This document shows, one piece after another, positions 19,185 through 27,269 of a stretch of DNA of 64,000 nucleotides; positions within the stretch are counted from its first letter, which is position 1; every line of letters begins with the position of its first letter. Position numbers and translations under genes: made by a program. A model generated the notes under the pieces. It had not been told where the DNA came from. It saw only the letters and a list, made by a program, of their open reading frames with translations, and ran no database searches. Source of the stretch: an uncultured Nitrospiraceae bacterium (GTDB taxonomy: Bacteria; Nitrospirota; Thermodesulfovibrionia; Thermodesulfovibrionales; SM23-35). The stretch spans positions 44,606-108,605 of the forward strand of contig CAKZPA010000033.1 of assembly GCA_937138415.1 (NCBI GenBank), in the 5' to 3' direction.

Positions 19185-19958
19185 ATGGACTTTCAGGAAC
19201 TACTTGGTATTATAGAAAAGCTCCGCGGCGAGAAAGGGTGCCCATGGGACCGTGTGCAGACGAGGGACTCGTTGAAACCGTACATTGTCGAAGAGGCGTA
19301 CGAGCTCGTCGAGGCGATTGACGAGAACGACCCCGCCAAAATCAGGGAAGAACTCGGCGATCTCCTTTTTCAGATCGTCTTCCAGTGCCAAATAGCGAAA
19401 GAACGGGGAGAATTCTCCGCATCGGATGTGATCGAGGCGATCGGCAGAAAGATGATCGCTCGGCATCCTCACGTGTTCGGAGACGCGGAGTGCAGAACGC
19501 CCGACGAAGTTCTTAAACAGTGGGAAGTGTTGAAGAAAGAGGAGGGGAAATGCCGGGACTCTATCCTCGATGGCGTTCCGCAGGCCATGTCGTCGCTCCT
19601 CAGGGCTCACCGCCTCCAGAAAAGGGCCGCACAGGTGGGGTTCGATTGGGACAGGATGGAGGATGTGCTCCAAAAAGTCGACGAAGAAATGCGCGAATTT
19701 AGGGAAGCTATCCAGTCAGGCGACAAGAGCGCGATGGAAGACGAGCTCGGCGATGTCCTCTTCATGCTCGTCAACCTCTCGCGGTTCATCAAAGTCAATC
19801 CCGAAGACGCACACCGGAAGACGATCGGCAAGTTCGCCCAACGATTCCGCTATATCGAGAAGAAGGCGGAGGAACGAGGGAAGAAACTCACCGATATGTC
19901 CCTGGAGGAGATGGATCGATTGTGGGACGAAGCGAAAAAGAACGAAAGCAGTTCGTGA
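19185..19958 (+). CDS. mazG: nucleoside triphosphate pyrophosphohydrolase MazG
   Basis: GCPWDRVQT...EEAYELVEAI and a second EExGDxL repeat. I chose the start at ATG 19185 (MDFQELL). The track start is the non-ATG codon at 19158. Confidence 0.9.
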   Translation: MDFQELLGIIEKLRGEKGCPWDRVQTRDSLKPYIVEEAYELVEAIDENDPAKIREELGDLLFQIVFQCQIAKERGEFSASDVIEAIGRKMIARHPHVFGDAECRTPDEVLKQWEVLKKEEGKCRDSILDGVPQAMSSLLRAHRLQKRAAQVGFDWDRMEDVLQKVDEEMREFREAIQSGDKSAMEDELGDVLFMLVNLSRFIKVNPEDAHRKTIGKFAQRFRYIEKKAEERGKKLTDMSLEEMDRLWDEAKKNESSS

Positions 19959-20112
19959 CGAACCGCCTGTATTGTTAGCGGGAAATACAATGCCCCATGC
20001 CGCTCCCCCATTACCCACAAGATCAGGGGACGACGAGTGATCCGATAGGACATTTCTATTTTGGTAAGAAGAGGCCTTTTCTAAATTGGCTTGGCGGACG
20101 CAAGACGCCTTA

Positions 20113-20142
20113 TTGACTTTTCCCGCGTGATATGAGTAATAT
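20113..20142 (+). promoter_or_regulatory. sigma-70-like promoter in a gene-poor region
   Basis: TTGACT (20113..20118), an 18-nt spacer, then TAATAT (20137..20142), about 150 nt upstream of the small ORF at 20296. Identified by eye only. Confidence 0.4.
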
Positions 20143-20295
20143 TTAGAGTTTGTTTTTTTATGGCACACGTTTAACCTGCGCGCAGCACAAAAATCAGCAG
20201 GACCTGACAGCTCAGGGAACGTGTGCGCGCGCGAGCGACTGAAAGGGATGAAGCTCTGCAACCCTAAGAAATGAAGAGAGAAAGGAGGTATCGAC

Positions 20296-20454
20296 ATGGC
20301 AGAGAAGGGCAAATCCAAGACCGATGTTGGAGCGCGGCAGGACGCGAAGAGCAGGATACAGCGCTGCAGCATCTGCGGGAACAAAGTTGAGGTGGTTTTA
20401 TCGGTCTCCTCGTCCGGGAAGAAGAGAATGAAGCGCGTGTGTTGTGAAGGATAA
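20296..20454 (+). CDS. small Cys-rich protein (52 aa), unannotated in the ORF track
   Basis: AAAGGAGG Shine-Dalgarno sequence 7 nt before the ATG. Translation: MAEKGKSKTDVGARQDAKSRIQRCSICGNKVEVVLSVSSSGKKRMKRVCCEG, ending in TAA. It has CxxC plus a C-terminal CC, and a hairpin follows at about 20467..20497. Confidence 0.45.
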   Translation: MAEKGKSKTDVGARQDAKSRIQRCSICGNKVEVVLSVSSSGKKRMKRVCCEG

Positions 20455-20899
20455 TCCGCTGCGTTTCCTGCGGCAGGAGTTTCTCCTTGCCGCAGGAAAA
20501 TCACCCGGTTTCTTTTCTCACGGGCATGATTCGCGGATGTTCTCTCCGGCCGATGATCTGATCGTTCTGCTGTTCCCGACTCCTCTCCCGATAGAGATCT
20601 CCTGAGACCGCCCTGCGATAGAACAGTGGCCACTGACGTGCCGGTACATGTGCCCCATCCTATTTCGAGCGGGCTCTCCTGCCACCGGCAAAACAAATCC
20701 TTTCAACTCGTGCGCCCTGCAAACGTGGCATAAAATTTAGATACGGGAGGCGAGTGCCCGAAATGGGGATGTCTTTTCCCTGCAAGGGAAAGTAGGCTAT
20801 CATAAGGTATCGTCAATAACGCGATTTTCCCTGGCATTCTTGTTGTAAGCATTGGCCCCTGAATGACCAGTGAGATCCGAATCGAAGGAGGTGATATCA

Positions 20900-21301
20900 G
20901 TGAAGCGAATAATCTCTGCCCTCGCATGTTTCCTCGTCATTTTCGCAATCACAAGTGTCTCCCTCGCGGGCAGCGGCGCCCGCATGAGACAAGCGATGGA
21001 AGCGATGGGAGCCCGGGAGATTGCCGGTGAGGTGACCGCTGTCGAAGACAAGGGGCGCCTTATCACGGTAAAAGGGATGAGGAGCACTGTGACCGCTACC
21101 TGCGATGAGACGACGTTTGTGAAAATGGCGAACGTCATCAAAACGTGCGCAGACATCAAGGTTGGTGACCGCGCAAATCTCTTATTCGAATCGTCAGAGG
21201 GAATGAACAAGGCAAAATCGATTTTCCTGAGCGTCCCCACCGCATCGCCGGCGGGAGAGAAGAAAGCCGAACCGCCCGCTCCGGAACCGAAGAAGGAATA
21301 G
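20900..21301 (+). CDS. small secreted protein, unknown function
   Basis: GAAGGAGG precedes the GTG at 20900. Signal peptide VKRIISALACFLVIFAITSVSLAG, a beta-rich core and a Pro/Glu/Lys-rich tail. The track start at 20870 lies upstream of the RBS. Confidence 0.55.
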   Translation: MKRIISALACFLVIFAITSVSLAGSGARMRQAMEAMGAREIAGEVTAVEDKGRLITVKGMRSTVTATCDETTFVKMANVIKTCADIKVGDRANLLFESSEGMNKAKSIFLSVPTASPAGEKKAEPPAPEPKKE

Positions 21302-21323
21302 CCAGCCCGTCTACCGGCTGTAA

Positions 21324-21364
21324 GAGAGAGGGGGTCGCGCTCTCTGCGCGCGACCCCCTCTCTC
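21324..21364. terminator. perfect 17-bp GC-rich hairpin between convergent genes
   Basis: GAGAGAGGGGGTCGCGC (21324..21340), loop TCTCTGC, then GCGCGACCCCCTCTCTC (21348..21364). There is no clear U-tract on either strand, so the terminator function is inferred from position only. Confidence 0.5.
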
Positions 21365-21382
21365 GACTAGAGCTTTTTGATG

Positions 21383-22084
21383 CTAAGCACTGTGACCGTG
21401 TTCTTTGGGATGTGAGTGTCCGCCGCCGTGCCCGTGCCCTTCGTCATGGCTGTGACCGTGCTCTCCGTGAAGCTCCTCGTACCCTTTGAACATGGCGATA
21501 ATGTGTGCCATCGGCGTATGCCCGAGAGTCGCCAGATAGAAATGGACGATGATGAACGCACTGAAAAAGATCCAGAGGAACACATGGATCATAGACGCAA
21601 TCTGTATTCCACCAATGACGTTCACCGCCGGGCCGAAGAGCTTGGGGTCCCACAGGAAAAGACCGGTAATGATCTGGACAGGGATGAGAGCTGCCATGAT
21701 CATGAGGTACGAAACCTGCTGCATGGGATTGAACTTATCGTCAGGCATTGGATGGTGCGGATTTTCGTCACCTACCATGATCCCGAATCCGTAGAACTTG
21801 GCCTGCCGAAGAGCCTTTTTCGCGAAGGCAACGGGGTGGTGGAGCGGAGGAATGTAAATCTTGATTTTGCGCGTACCCAAGTAGTAGAAGAGCCATATGC
21901 AATAGTTCGCAAGCAGGATGAACCCGAGCCAGCTGTGAATCTTCACGGCCCACTCAAACGACATCAGCTTGAAGTAATGCGGATACCGCATCTGCGCTCC
22001 GGTCACGATCAGGATGATGAATCCGAGCGCATTCACCCAGTGCCAGATTCTGATCGGTAACGGGTGTAGATAGATCCGTGTCAT
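21383..22084 (-). CDS. membrane b-type cytochrome (FdnI/HydC/PhsC-like) with a His-rich C-terminal tail
   Basis: PIRIWHWVNALGFIILIVTG N-terminal motif typical of this family, multiple TM helices with conserved His, and a 31-aa tail EELHGEHGHSHDEGHGHGGGHSHPKEHGHSA. Its start overlaps the cytochrome c stop (TAATG). Confidence 0.8.
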   Translation of the reverse strand: MTRIYLHPLPIRIWHWVNALGFIILIVTGAQMRYPHYFKLMSFEWAVKIHSWLGFILLANYCIWLFYYLGTRKIKIYIPPLHHPVAFAKKALRQAKFYGFGIMVGDENPHHPMPDDKFNPMQQVSYLMIMAALIPVQIITGLFLWDPKLFGPAVNVIGGIQIASMIHVFLWIFFSAFIIVHFYLATLGHTPMAHIIAMFKGYEELHGEHGHSHDEGHGHGGGHSHPKEHGHSA

Positions 22085-23763
22085 TAGTGTTTACCTCCCT
22101 TCCCCATTCTCCGCAAAGACCGCAAGGGCGATGTAATGATTCTCAGCGTAATGTGTCCTATCGGCACAGCGATACCGCCGATCAGGGCGACCACGAACAA
22201 GATATCGAAGAGCGTGATGCTCGTGCTGCCGAGCACATAGAATGTGCGGGCGGGGATGATGGAGTAGATCGAGTTGAGAACGTCCCCTTTCGCGCGGAGC
22301 AACGTTGTCTTCCCCTCGGTATTCTTCATGACGAGAAAAATATCCTGAAAGAATGCTGCTTCCGGATGGTGGCACCGTTCGCAGTCCTTCGCCGCCTCCG
22401 ATTTCGCGCCGATCAGATGGGCATCCTTGGAATTCGTCACGTCCATAGTCCCCAGAAAAACGGTCGGCGTGTTCTTTTTGCGGAGGAGAGCGAAAAGATC
22501 CCAGATTTCCTTCGCGTCGATACCGCCGTCCGCATTCGTATCTATTTTCTCCATGAGCCCTTCGGAGTCGGTTTCCAGTGCCGCAACGAGGGCTTCCTCT
22601 GGGAGAGGTTTTCCGCTCTTTCGGTCAAAAATACTCAGATAAACCGCGCGCGCGGCTCCCGGAGCAGAATGGCACGCGGCGCACGATGCGCCCTCGAAAT
22701 GGAGTTCGGCAAACGACGGCAGCGTGATAGGCGGATTCTTAAGCCACGTATTGTGGGCTCGCGCCGCATCTTTATGGCACGTCAGGCACCCCGTCTTAAT
22801 GCCGGTCGTGAGTGTCGATTCGACTCTGTGTGCTCCGTGACACGAGGCGCACGATGGCGCGTTTTCCACTCCCTTCCTGAACGCCTTCCCATGCATACTC
22901 GCCTCGTAGGAACTGTTCATGTCCCCGTGGCACTTATTGCACGACGTGATGCCGATATCACGATTCTTCTTTGTACTGGCGACCGTGTGGTCACCATGAC
23001 AGTCAGTGCAGGTCGGCGCTTTGATATTGCCCTTCTTCAGCACGTCCAGGTGGATGCTCGATTCGTAATCCCGGTAGGCGTCTTCATGGCACTTCCAGCA
23101 GTATTCCGCCTTCTCGATGGAGTAAGCCCGCTTATCGCTATAAACCTTCATCGGATGCTGGGTCATCGAAAAGCCGGCGTGACACTCCGTACACTTCAGG
23201 CGCCCGTGCACCGAGTTGCGGAGCGCCGATTCGTTCACGAGCACCGATACCGTTTCACCACTCCTCATTCTCATCGCGAGCTGCCGGCTATGGCAGGTCA
23301 TGCAGTACTGGTTTTCCGGCACGCCGGTCTTCTGCACCGCCGAGCTCTGCACGGCGTGGAAGCCATGGCATTCCACGCAGGTTCCCTTTGCGGCTAGCGA
23401 GCTATGGATGGGCAATCGTTGCCTCATCTGTTCGTCCGTGTGGCAAACGGTGCACTGCTTCGATCTGCTCAAAGAATACTCCTTACGGCTCTTGATCTTC
23501 TTCACGATAGGGTGGTTATCGAGAGAAATGTCGGTATGGCAGCCAGTACAACCGATCTTCGCATGCACAGAACGTTTGAACTCATTACCGTCGACATAAA
23601 GGGGAAGGATTTCCTTGTTCATGAGTTTTTTCGTGAGGGTTTTGTCTGCGTGACACGCGAGGCAAAGGTCCACCTCTTCAGCACCTTTCGCAGCGTTACT
23701 ACCAACGGGGAAGATAAAGACAGCAACGAACAGTAGAAACGGTACGATCCTTATCTTATTCAT
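22084..23763 (-). CDS. 13-haem c-type cytochrome with signal peptide, EF-hand-like loop and C-terminal TM anchor
   Basis: I count 13 CxxCH motifs: CLACH, CTGCH, CTVCH, CVECH, CMTCH, CTECH, CWKCH, CTDCH, CNKCH, CASCH, CLTCH, CAACH, CERCH. Signal peptide MNKIRIVPFLLFVAVFIFPVGSNA. I chose the start at ATG 23763. The track's extension to 23976 lacks signal-peptide features. Confidence 0.9.
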   Translation of the reverse strand: MNKIRIVPFLLFVAVFIFPVGSNAAKGAEEVDLCLACHADKTLTKKLMNKEILPLYVDGNEFKRSVHAKIGCTGCHTDISLDNHPIVKKIKSRKEYSLSRSKQCTVCHTDEQMRQRLPIHSSLAAKGTCVECHGFHAVQSSAVQKTGVPENQYCMTCHSRQLAMRMRSGETVSVLVNESALRNSVHGRLKCTECHAGFSMTQHPMKVYSDKRAYSIEKAEYCWKCHEDAYRDYESSIHLDVLKKGNIKAPTCTDCHGDHTVASTKKNRDIGITSCNKCHGDMNSSYEASMHGKAFRKGVENAPSCASCHGAHRVESTLTTGIKTGCLTCHKDAARAHNTWLKNPPITLPSFAELHFEGASCAACHSAPGAARAVYLSIFDRKSGKPLPEEALVAALETDSEGLMEKIDTNADGGIDAKEIWDLFALLRKKNTPTVFLGTMDVTNSKDAHLIGAKSEAAKDCERCHHPEAAFFQDIFLVMKNTEGKTTLLRAKGDVLNSIYSIIPARTFYVLGSTSITLFDILFVVALIGGIAVPIGHITLRIITSPLRSLRRMGKGGKH

Positions 23764-23809
23764 AATACCCCCCTGTCGCGTTGTGAATCGTGAATTTTTT
23801 GACCGTACA

Positions 23810-23838
23810 TATATAGCATATCTCTCGGTGGAAAGCAA
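23810..23838 (-). promoter_or_regulatory. sigma-70-like promoter for the cytochrome c/b operon
   Basis: On the minus strand: TTGCTT (23838..23833), a 17-nt spacer, then TATATA (23815..23810), about 45 nt upstream of ATG 23763. Identified by eye only. Confidence 0.4.
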
Positions 23839-23997
23839 GCACGTTTTGAGGAAGGTTCGGCAGCGTAATTTCGCGGAGAAGAGTCCTTCCTGCCGCCACA
23901 CATCTTTGTCATATAATTTTTGTTTCCAAACCGTTACTAACCTGATAGAATGATACCGAGAAACACAGCTGTCCAAAATAGTTCAGAATGTGGCTGG

Positions 23998-24156
23998 CTA
24001 CCGAAGAAACACCATGACGACACCGAGTGAAATGAATCCCCGCCTGCTTTCACGATGAGGATTATGAGCGTAAACGGGAGTTCGCCCCGTCATCAGAACG
24101 AGGTCTGCCGGGGAATTATCCTGTCGATTCATGGTGTTTATGAGGTATTCAGCCAT
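23998..24156 (-). CDS. possible small protein (52 aa) with hydrophobic C-terminus
   Basis: AGGAGGA lies 6 nt before ATG 24156. Translation: MAEYLINTMNRQDNSPADLVLMTGRTPVYAHNPHRESRRGFISLGVVMVFLR. This is the 3' part of track ORF 23998..24390. No family recognised. Confidence 0.3.
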   Translation of the reverse strand: MAEYLINTMNRQDNSPADLVLMTGRTPVYAHNPHRESRRGFISLGVVMVFLR

Positions 24157-24204
24157 AGCGGTCCTCCTATTTTGGACAGATATGACCGAGAAAAGAAATA
24201 AACC

Positions 24205-24879
24205 GTGTTCCCCTACAAAGACGACAACCCCACGTATCGCACTCCGTATGTGACGGTCGGATTCATTATCGCTAACATTGCCGTATTCTTTCTCGAATTG
24301 ACCTCCGGATCCGGCATGGAGACCGTCACATATGCGTACGGAGCCATCCCCCACAGTATTCTGACATTCGAGTCCCGGCAGCCCATCCACCCTGCCCTCA
24401 CGATCTTCTCATCGATGTTCATGCACGGCGGTTTTTTCCACCTCGCTGGGAACATGCTCTATCTGTGGATATTCGGCAATAACATCGAAGACCGTCTCGG
24501 TCACGTCCGATTCATCGTTTTCTATCTTTTTTGCGGGATCTGTTCCGCATACGCCCATGCCGTTACAAACCCGGATTCGCTCATACCGATGGTCGGCGCG
24601 AGCGGAGCGATTTCGGGCATTCTTGGCGCATATGTGCTCCTCTTCCCCCTTGCAAACGTTCACACGCTCCTCTTTTTAGGCTTTTTTATCACGACCGTGA
24701 AAATTCCGGCACTCATCGTCATCGGTTTCTGGGCACTCGTCCAGCTTTTCAATAGCATGATCAGCACAGGACTGGAAAATGCGGGAGGTGTCGCGTGGTT
24801 TGCCCATCTTGGGGGATTTCTCGCTGGCCTCGTCACCATAAAGTTCTGGCTTCCCAAGAGGACCCGGTATCGCTGGTAA
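24205..24879 (+). CDS. rhomboid-family intramembrane serine protease
   Basis: Six TM helices, the GASGAISG catalytic Ser motif, the AHLGGFLAG catalytic His motif and HxxxN (HLAGN). Confidence 0.85.
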   Translation: MFPYKDDNPTYRTPYVTVGFIIANIAVFFLELTSGSGMETVTYAYGAIPHSILTFESRQPIHPALTIFSSMFMHGGFFHLAGNMLYLWIFGNNIEDRLGHVRFIVFYLFCGICSAYAHAVTNPDSLIPMVGASGAISGILGAYVLLFPLANVHTLLFLGFFITTVKIPALIVIGFWALVQLFNSMISTGLENAGGVAWFAHLGGFLAGLVTIKFWLPKRTRYRW

Positions 24880-25080
24880 TGCGTTTGTTCCTCGCGGGAG
24901 TTCGCCGAGCAGTTGGAGGCACCGTCCTCCGCATGGTTCTTAACTCATCAATTCCGTTGGGAATTGGCAGTGGATTCCGTCCAGGCCGATGAGTAATTCG
25001 AAAAAATTAGAAAATAAGAGAAAATAAAAGATTTCCAACTATATTTTGACTTATTCTCCCCATTCAAAAAAATTGAACAC

Positions 25081-25110
25081 TTGCCTTCCTTCACTCTCAA
25101 CCTTTATATT
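25081..25110 (+). promoter_or_regulatory. candidate groESL promoter
   Basis: TTGCCT (25081..25086), an 18-nt spacer, then TATATT (25105..25110), abutting CIRCE. An AT-rich UP-like tract lies upstream (24990..25075). Identified by eye only. Confidence 0.35.
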
Positions 25111-25135
25111 AGCACTCACTAACTTCGAGTGCTAA
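25109..25135 (+). promoter_or_regulatory. CIRCE operator (HrcA binding site)
   Basis: TTAGCACTC-N9-GAGTGCTAA, a perfect match to the CIRCE consensus, 46 nt upstream of groES. Confidence 0.9.
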
Positions 25136-25180
25136 CAAACCAAACCTAAAATCTTACTTAATAGAAAGGAGAAAAACGTT

Positions 25181-25468
25181 ATGAAGTTCAAACCGTTGAG
25201 AGACAGGGTATTCGTGAAGTTCTCCTCTGAGGAGGAGAAGACGGCAGGCGGGCTTTATATCCCCGACACGGCCAAGGAAAAACCGCAAAAGGGAACGGTC
25301 ATTGCGGTGGGACCAGGACGGGTGACCGACGACGGCAAGCGTCAGCCTATGGAAGTCAAAGTGGGAGACACGATCCTCTTTGACAAGTACTCGGGGTCGA
25401 AAATTAAGATCGACGACCAGGAATACCTCATCATCAGGGAAGAAGACATCCTGGGAATCGTCGAGTAA
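25181..25468 (+). CDS. groES: co-chaperonin GroES
   Basis: [13 protein letters not shown]...[22 protein letters not shown]. 95 aa. Confidence 0.97.
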   Translation: MKFKPLRDRVFVKFSSEEEKTAGGLYIPDTAKEKPQKGTVIAVGPGRVTDDGKRQPMEVKVGDTILFDKYSGSKIKIDDQEYLIIREEDILGIVE

Positions 25469-25523
25469 TATCTTGTATCGCAAGGAAATAATCCACTAAA
25501 GGACACAAAGGAGGAACGAGAGT

Positions 25524-27152
25524 ATGCCAAAGCAGTTACTTTTTGACGAAGAAGCGAGAAGCGCGATTCTCAGAGGCGTTACGATCCTCACCGACGCGGT
25601 GAAAGCAACCCTTGGACCGAAAGGGAGAAATGCCATCCTCGATAAGAAGTACGGGGCACCGACAATCACCAAGGATGGCGTGACGGTCGCAAAAGAGATC
25701 GAGCTGAAAGACCCGTGGGAGAACATGGGCGCGCAGCTCGTGAGGGAAGTGGCCTCGAAGACATCCGATACCGCCGGCGACGGCACGACGACGGCGACGG
25801 TGCTCGCTCACGCGATCTATCGCGAGGGCATGAAGAATGTCGTCGCGGGCGCGAACCCGATGGACATCAAGCGCGGGATTGAAAAAGCGGTCGAGGTTGT
25901 TGTCGAGGAACTGAAAAAGCTCAGCAAGCCGGTTCAGGACAAGAAGGAGATTGCTCAGGTCGGAACCATCTCTGCTAATAACGATTCGTCCATCGGCGAA
26001 CTGATCGCGGAAGCGATGGACAAAGTCGGTAAGGATGGAGTCATTACCGTCGAGGAAGCGAAGAGCATGGCAACAACGCTCGATGTCGTCGAAGGCATGC
26101 AGTTCGATCGCGGCTACATATCGCCGTACTTCATCACGGACCCGGAGCGCATGGAATGCGTGATGGAGGACGCATACATCCTCATCCATGAAAAGAAGAT
26201 CTCGAGCATGAAAGACCTGCTCCCGATCCTCGAGCAGATTGCAAAGATGGGGAAACCCCTCTTGATCATTGCGGAAGAAGTCGAGGGCGAAGCGCTCGCA
26301 ACGCTCGTGGTCAATAAACTTCGGGGCACGATTCAGGTTGCCGCGGTAAAAGCGCCAGGTTTTGGCGACAGACGCAAGGCGATGCTCGAGGATATTGCAA
26401 TCCTGACCGGCGGCACCATGATATCGGAGGATCTCGGCATCAAACTGGAGAACATCAAGATAACCGATCTCGGGAGAGCGAAGAAGATCAACATCGATAA
26501 AGAAAATACGACGATCGTTGAAGGTGCCGGTGATCCCGCGAAGATCCAGGGGCGCGTAAAACAGATCAAGACGCAGATCGAGGAGACGACATCCGACTAC
26601 GACAGGGAGAAATTGCAGGAAAGACTTGCGAAACTCGTCGGCGGAGTCGCCGTGATCAATGTGGGCGCAGCGACGGAGACCGAAATGAAGGAAAAGAAAG
26701 CTCGCGTCGAAGACGCGCTCAATGCGACGAGGGCGGCCGTCGAGGAGGGAATTATTCCCGGTGGCGGTGTTGCGCTTATCAGGTGTCTGCTCGCGCTCAA
26801 AAATCTCAAACTCGATAACGACAAGCAGATAGGCGTCGAGATAGTAAAGAGGGCCCTGGAAGAGCCCATCAGGCAGATTGTCAACAATGCGGGGATCGAG
26901 GGCTCGGTCGTCGTGGAGAAAGTGAAACACGCGAAAGACGTGAATTTCGGATTCGATGCGGACAAGGAAGACTATGTCGATATGATGAAGGCGGGTATTA
27001 TCGACCCGACGAAAGTGACCCGCTACGCACTCCAGAACGCTGCATCCGTTGCCGCTCTCATGCTCACCACCTCCGTCATGGTCACGGATATCCCGGAGGA
27101 GAAACGGGAACCTTCGATGCCGGGTCGCGGTGGAATGGGAGATATGTATTAG
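25524..27152 (+). CDS. groEL: chaperonin GroEL
   Basis: Canonical sequence throughout ([31 protein letters not shown]-terminal GGMGDMY). 542 aa. Confidence 0.98.
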   Translation: MPKQLLFDEEARSAILRGVTILTDAVKATLGPKGRNAILDKKYGAPTITKDGVTVAKEIELKDPWENMGAQLVREVASKTSDTAGDGTTTATVLAHAIYREGMKNVVAGANPMDIKRGIEKAVEVVVEELKKLSKPVQDKKEIAQVGTISANNDSSIGELIAEAMDKVGKDGVITVEEAKSMATTLDVVEGMQFDRGYISPYFITDPERMECVMEDAYILIHEKKISSMKDLLPILEQIAKMGKPLLIIAEEVEGEALATLVVNKLRGTIQVAAVKAPGFGDRRKAMLEDIAILTGGTMISEDLGIKLENIKITDLGRAKKINIDKENTTIVEGAGDPAKIQGRVKQIKTQIEETTSDYDREKLQERLAKLVGGVAVINVGAATETEMKEKKARVEDALNATRAAVEEGIIPGGGVALIRCLLALKNLKLDNDKQIGVEIVKRALEEPIRQIVNNAGIEGSVVVEKVKHAKDVNFGFDADKEDYVDMMKAGIIDPTKVTRYALQNAASVAALMLTTSVMVTDIPEEKREPSMPGRGGMGDMY

Positions 27153-27269
27153 GAGCAACCTTCCTGCATATTCGCACGCACAGGCGAGGGGTCTCTCCAT
27201 GTCCCCTCGCTTTTTCTCTGTCCGAGCGGGTTTGACTCCCACTTCGTATTTTTGTCATCCTTAAAGACC

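Noticed and set aside
19716-20696. A 326-aa minus-strand ORF covering the mazG 3' end and the gene-poor region
   Set aside because: It overlaps mazG and the RBS-supported small ORF in antisense. Its sequence is low-complexity and Ser/Arg/Pro-rich, and it has no start context. It most likely exists only because the region lacks stops in that frame.
25536-27242. A 568-aa ORF antisense to groEL
   Set aside because: It is the mirror of one of the most conserved genes known and has the same compositional signature as the other shadow ORFs. The same reasoning applies to 39426..41393 (ileS), 58522..60234 (acs), 55527..57335, 53856..55505, 52219..53256, 45869..47311, 30120..31454, 31712..33049, 22078..23397, 9284..10390, 1214..2512 and 14651..16453.
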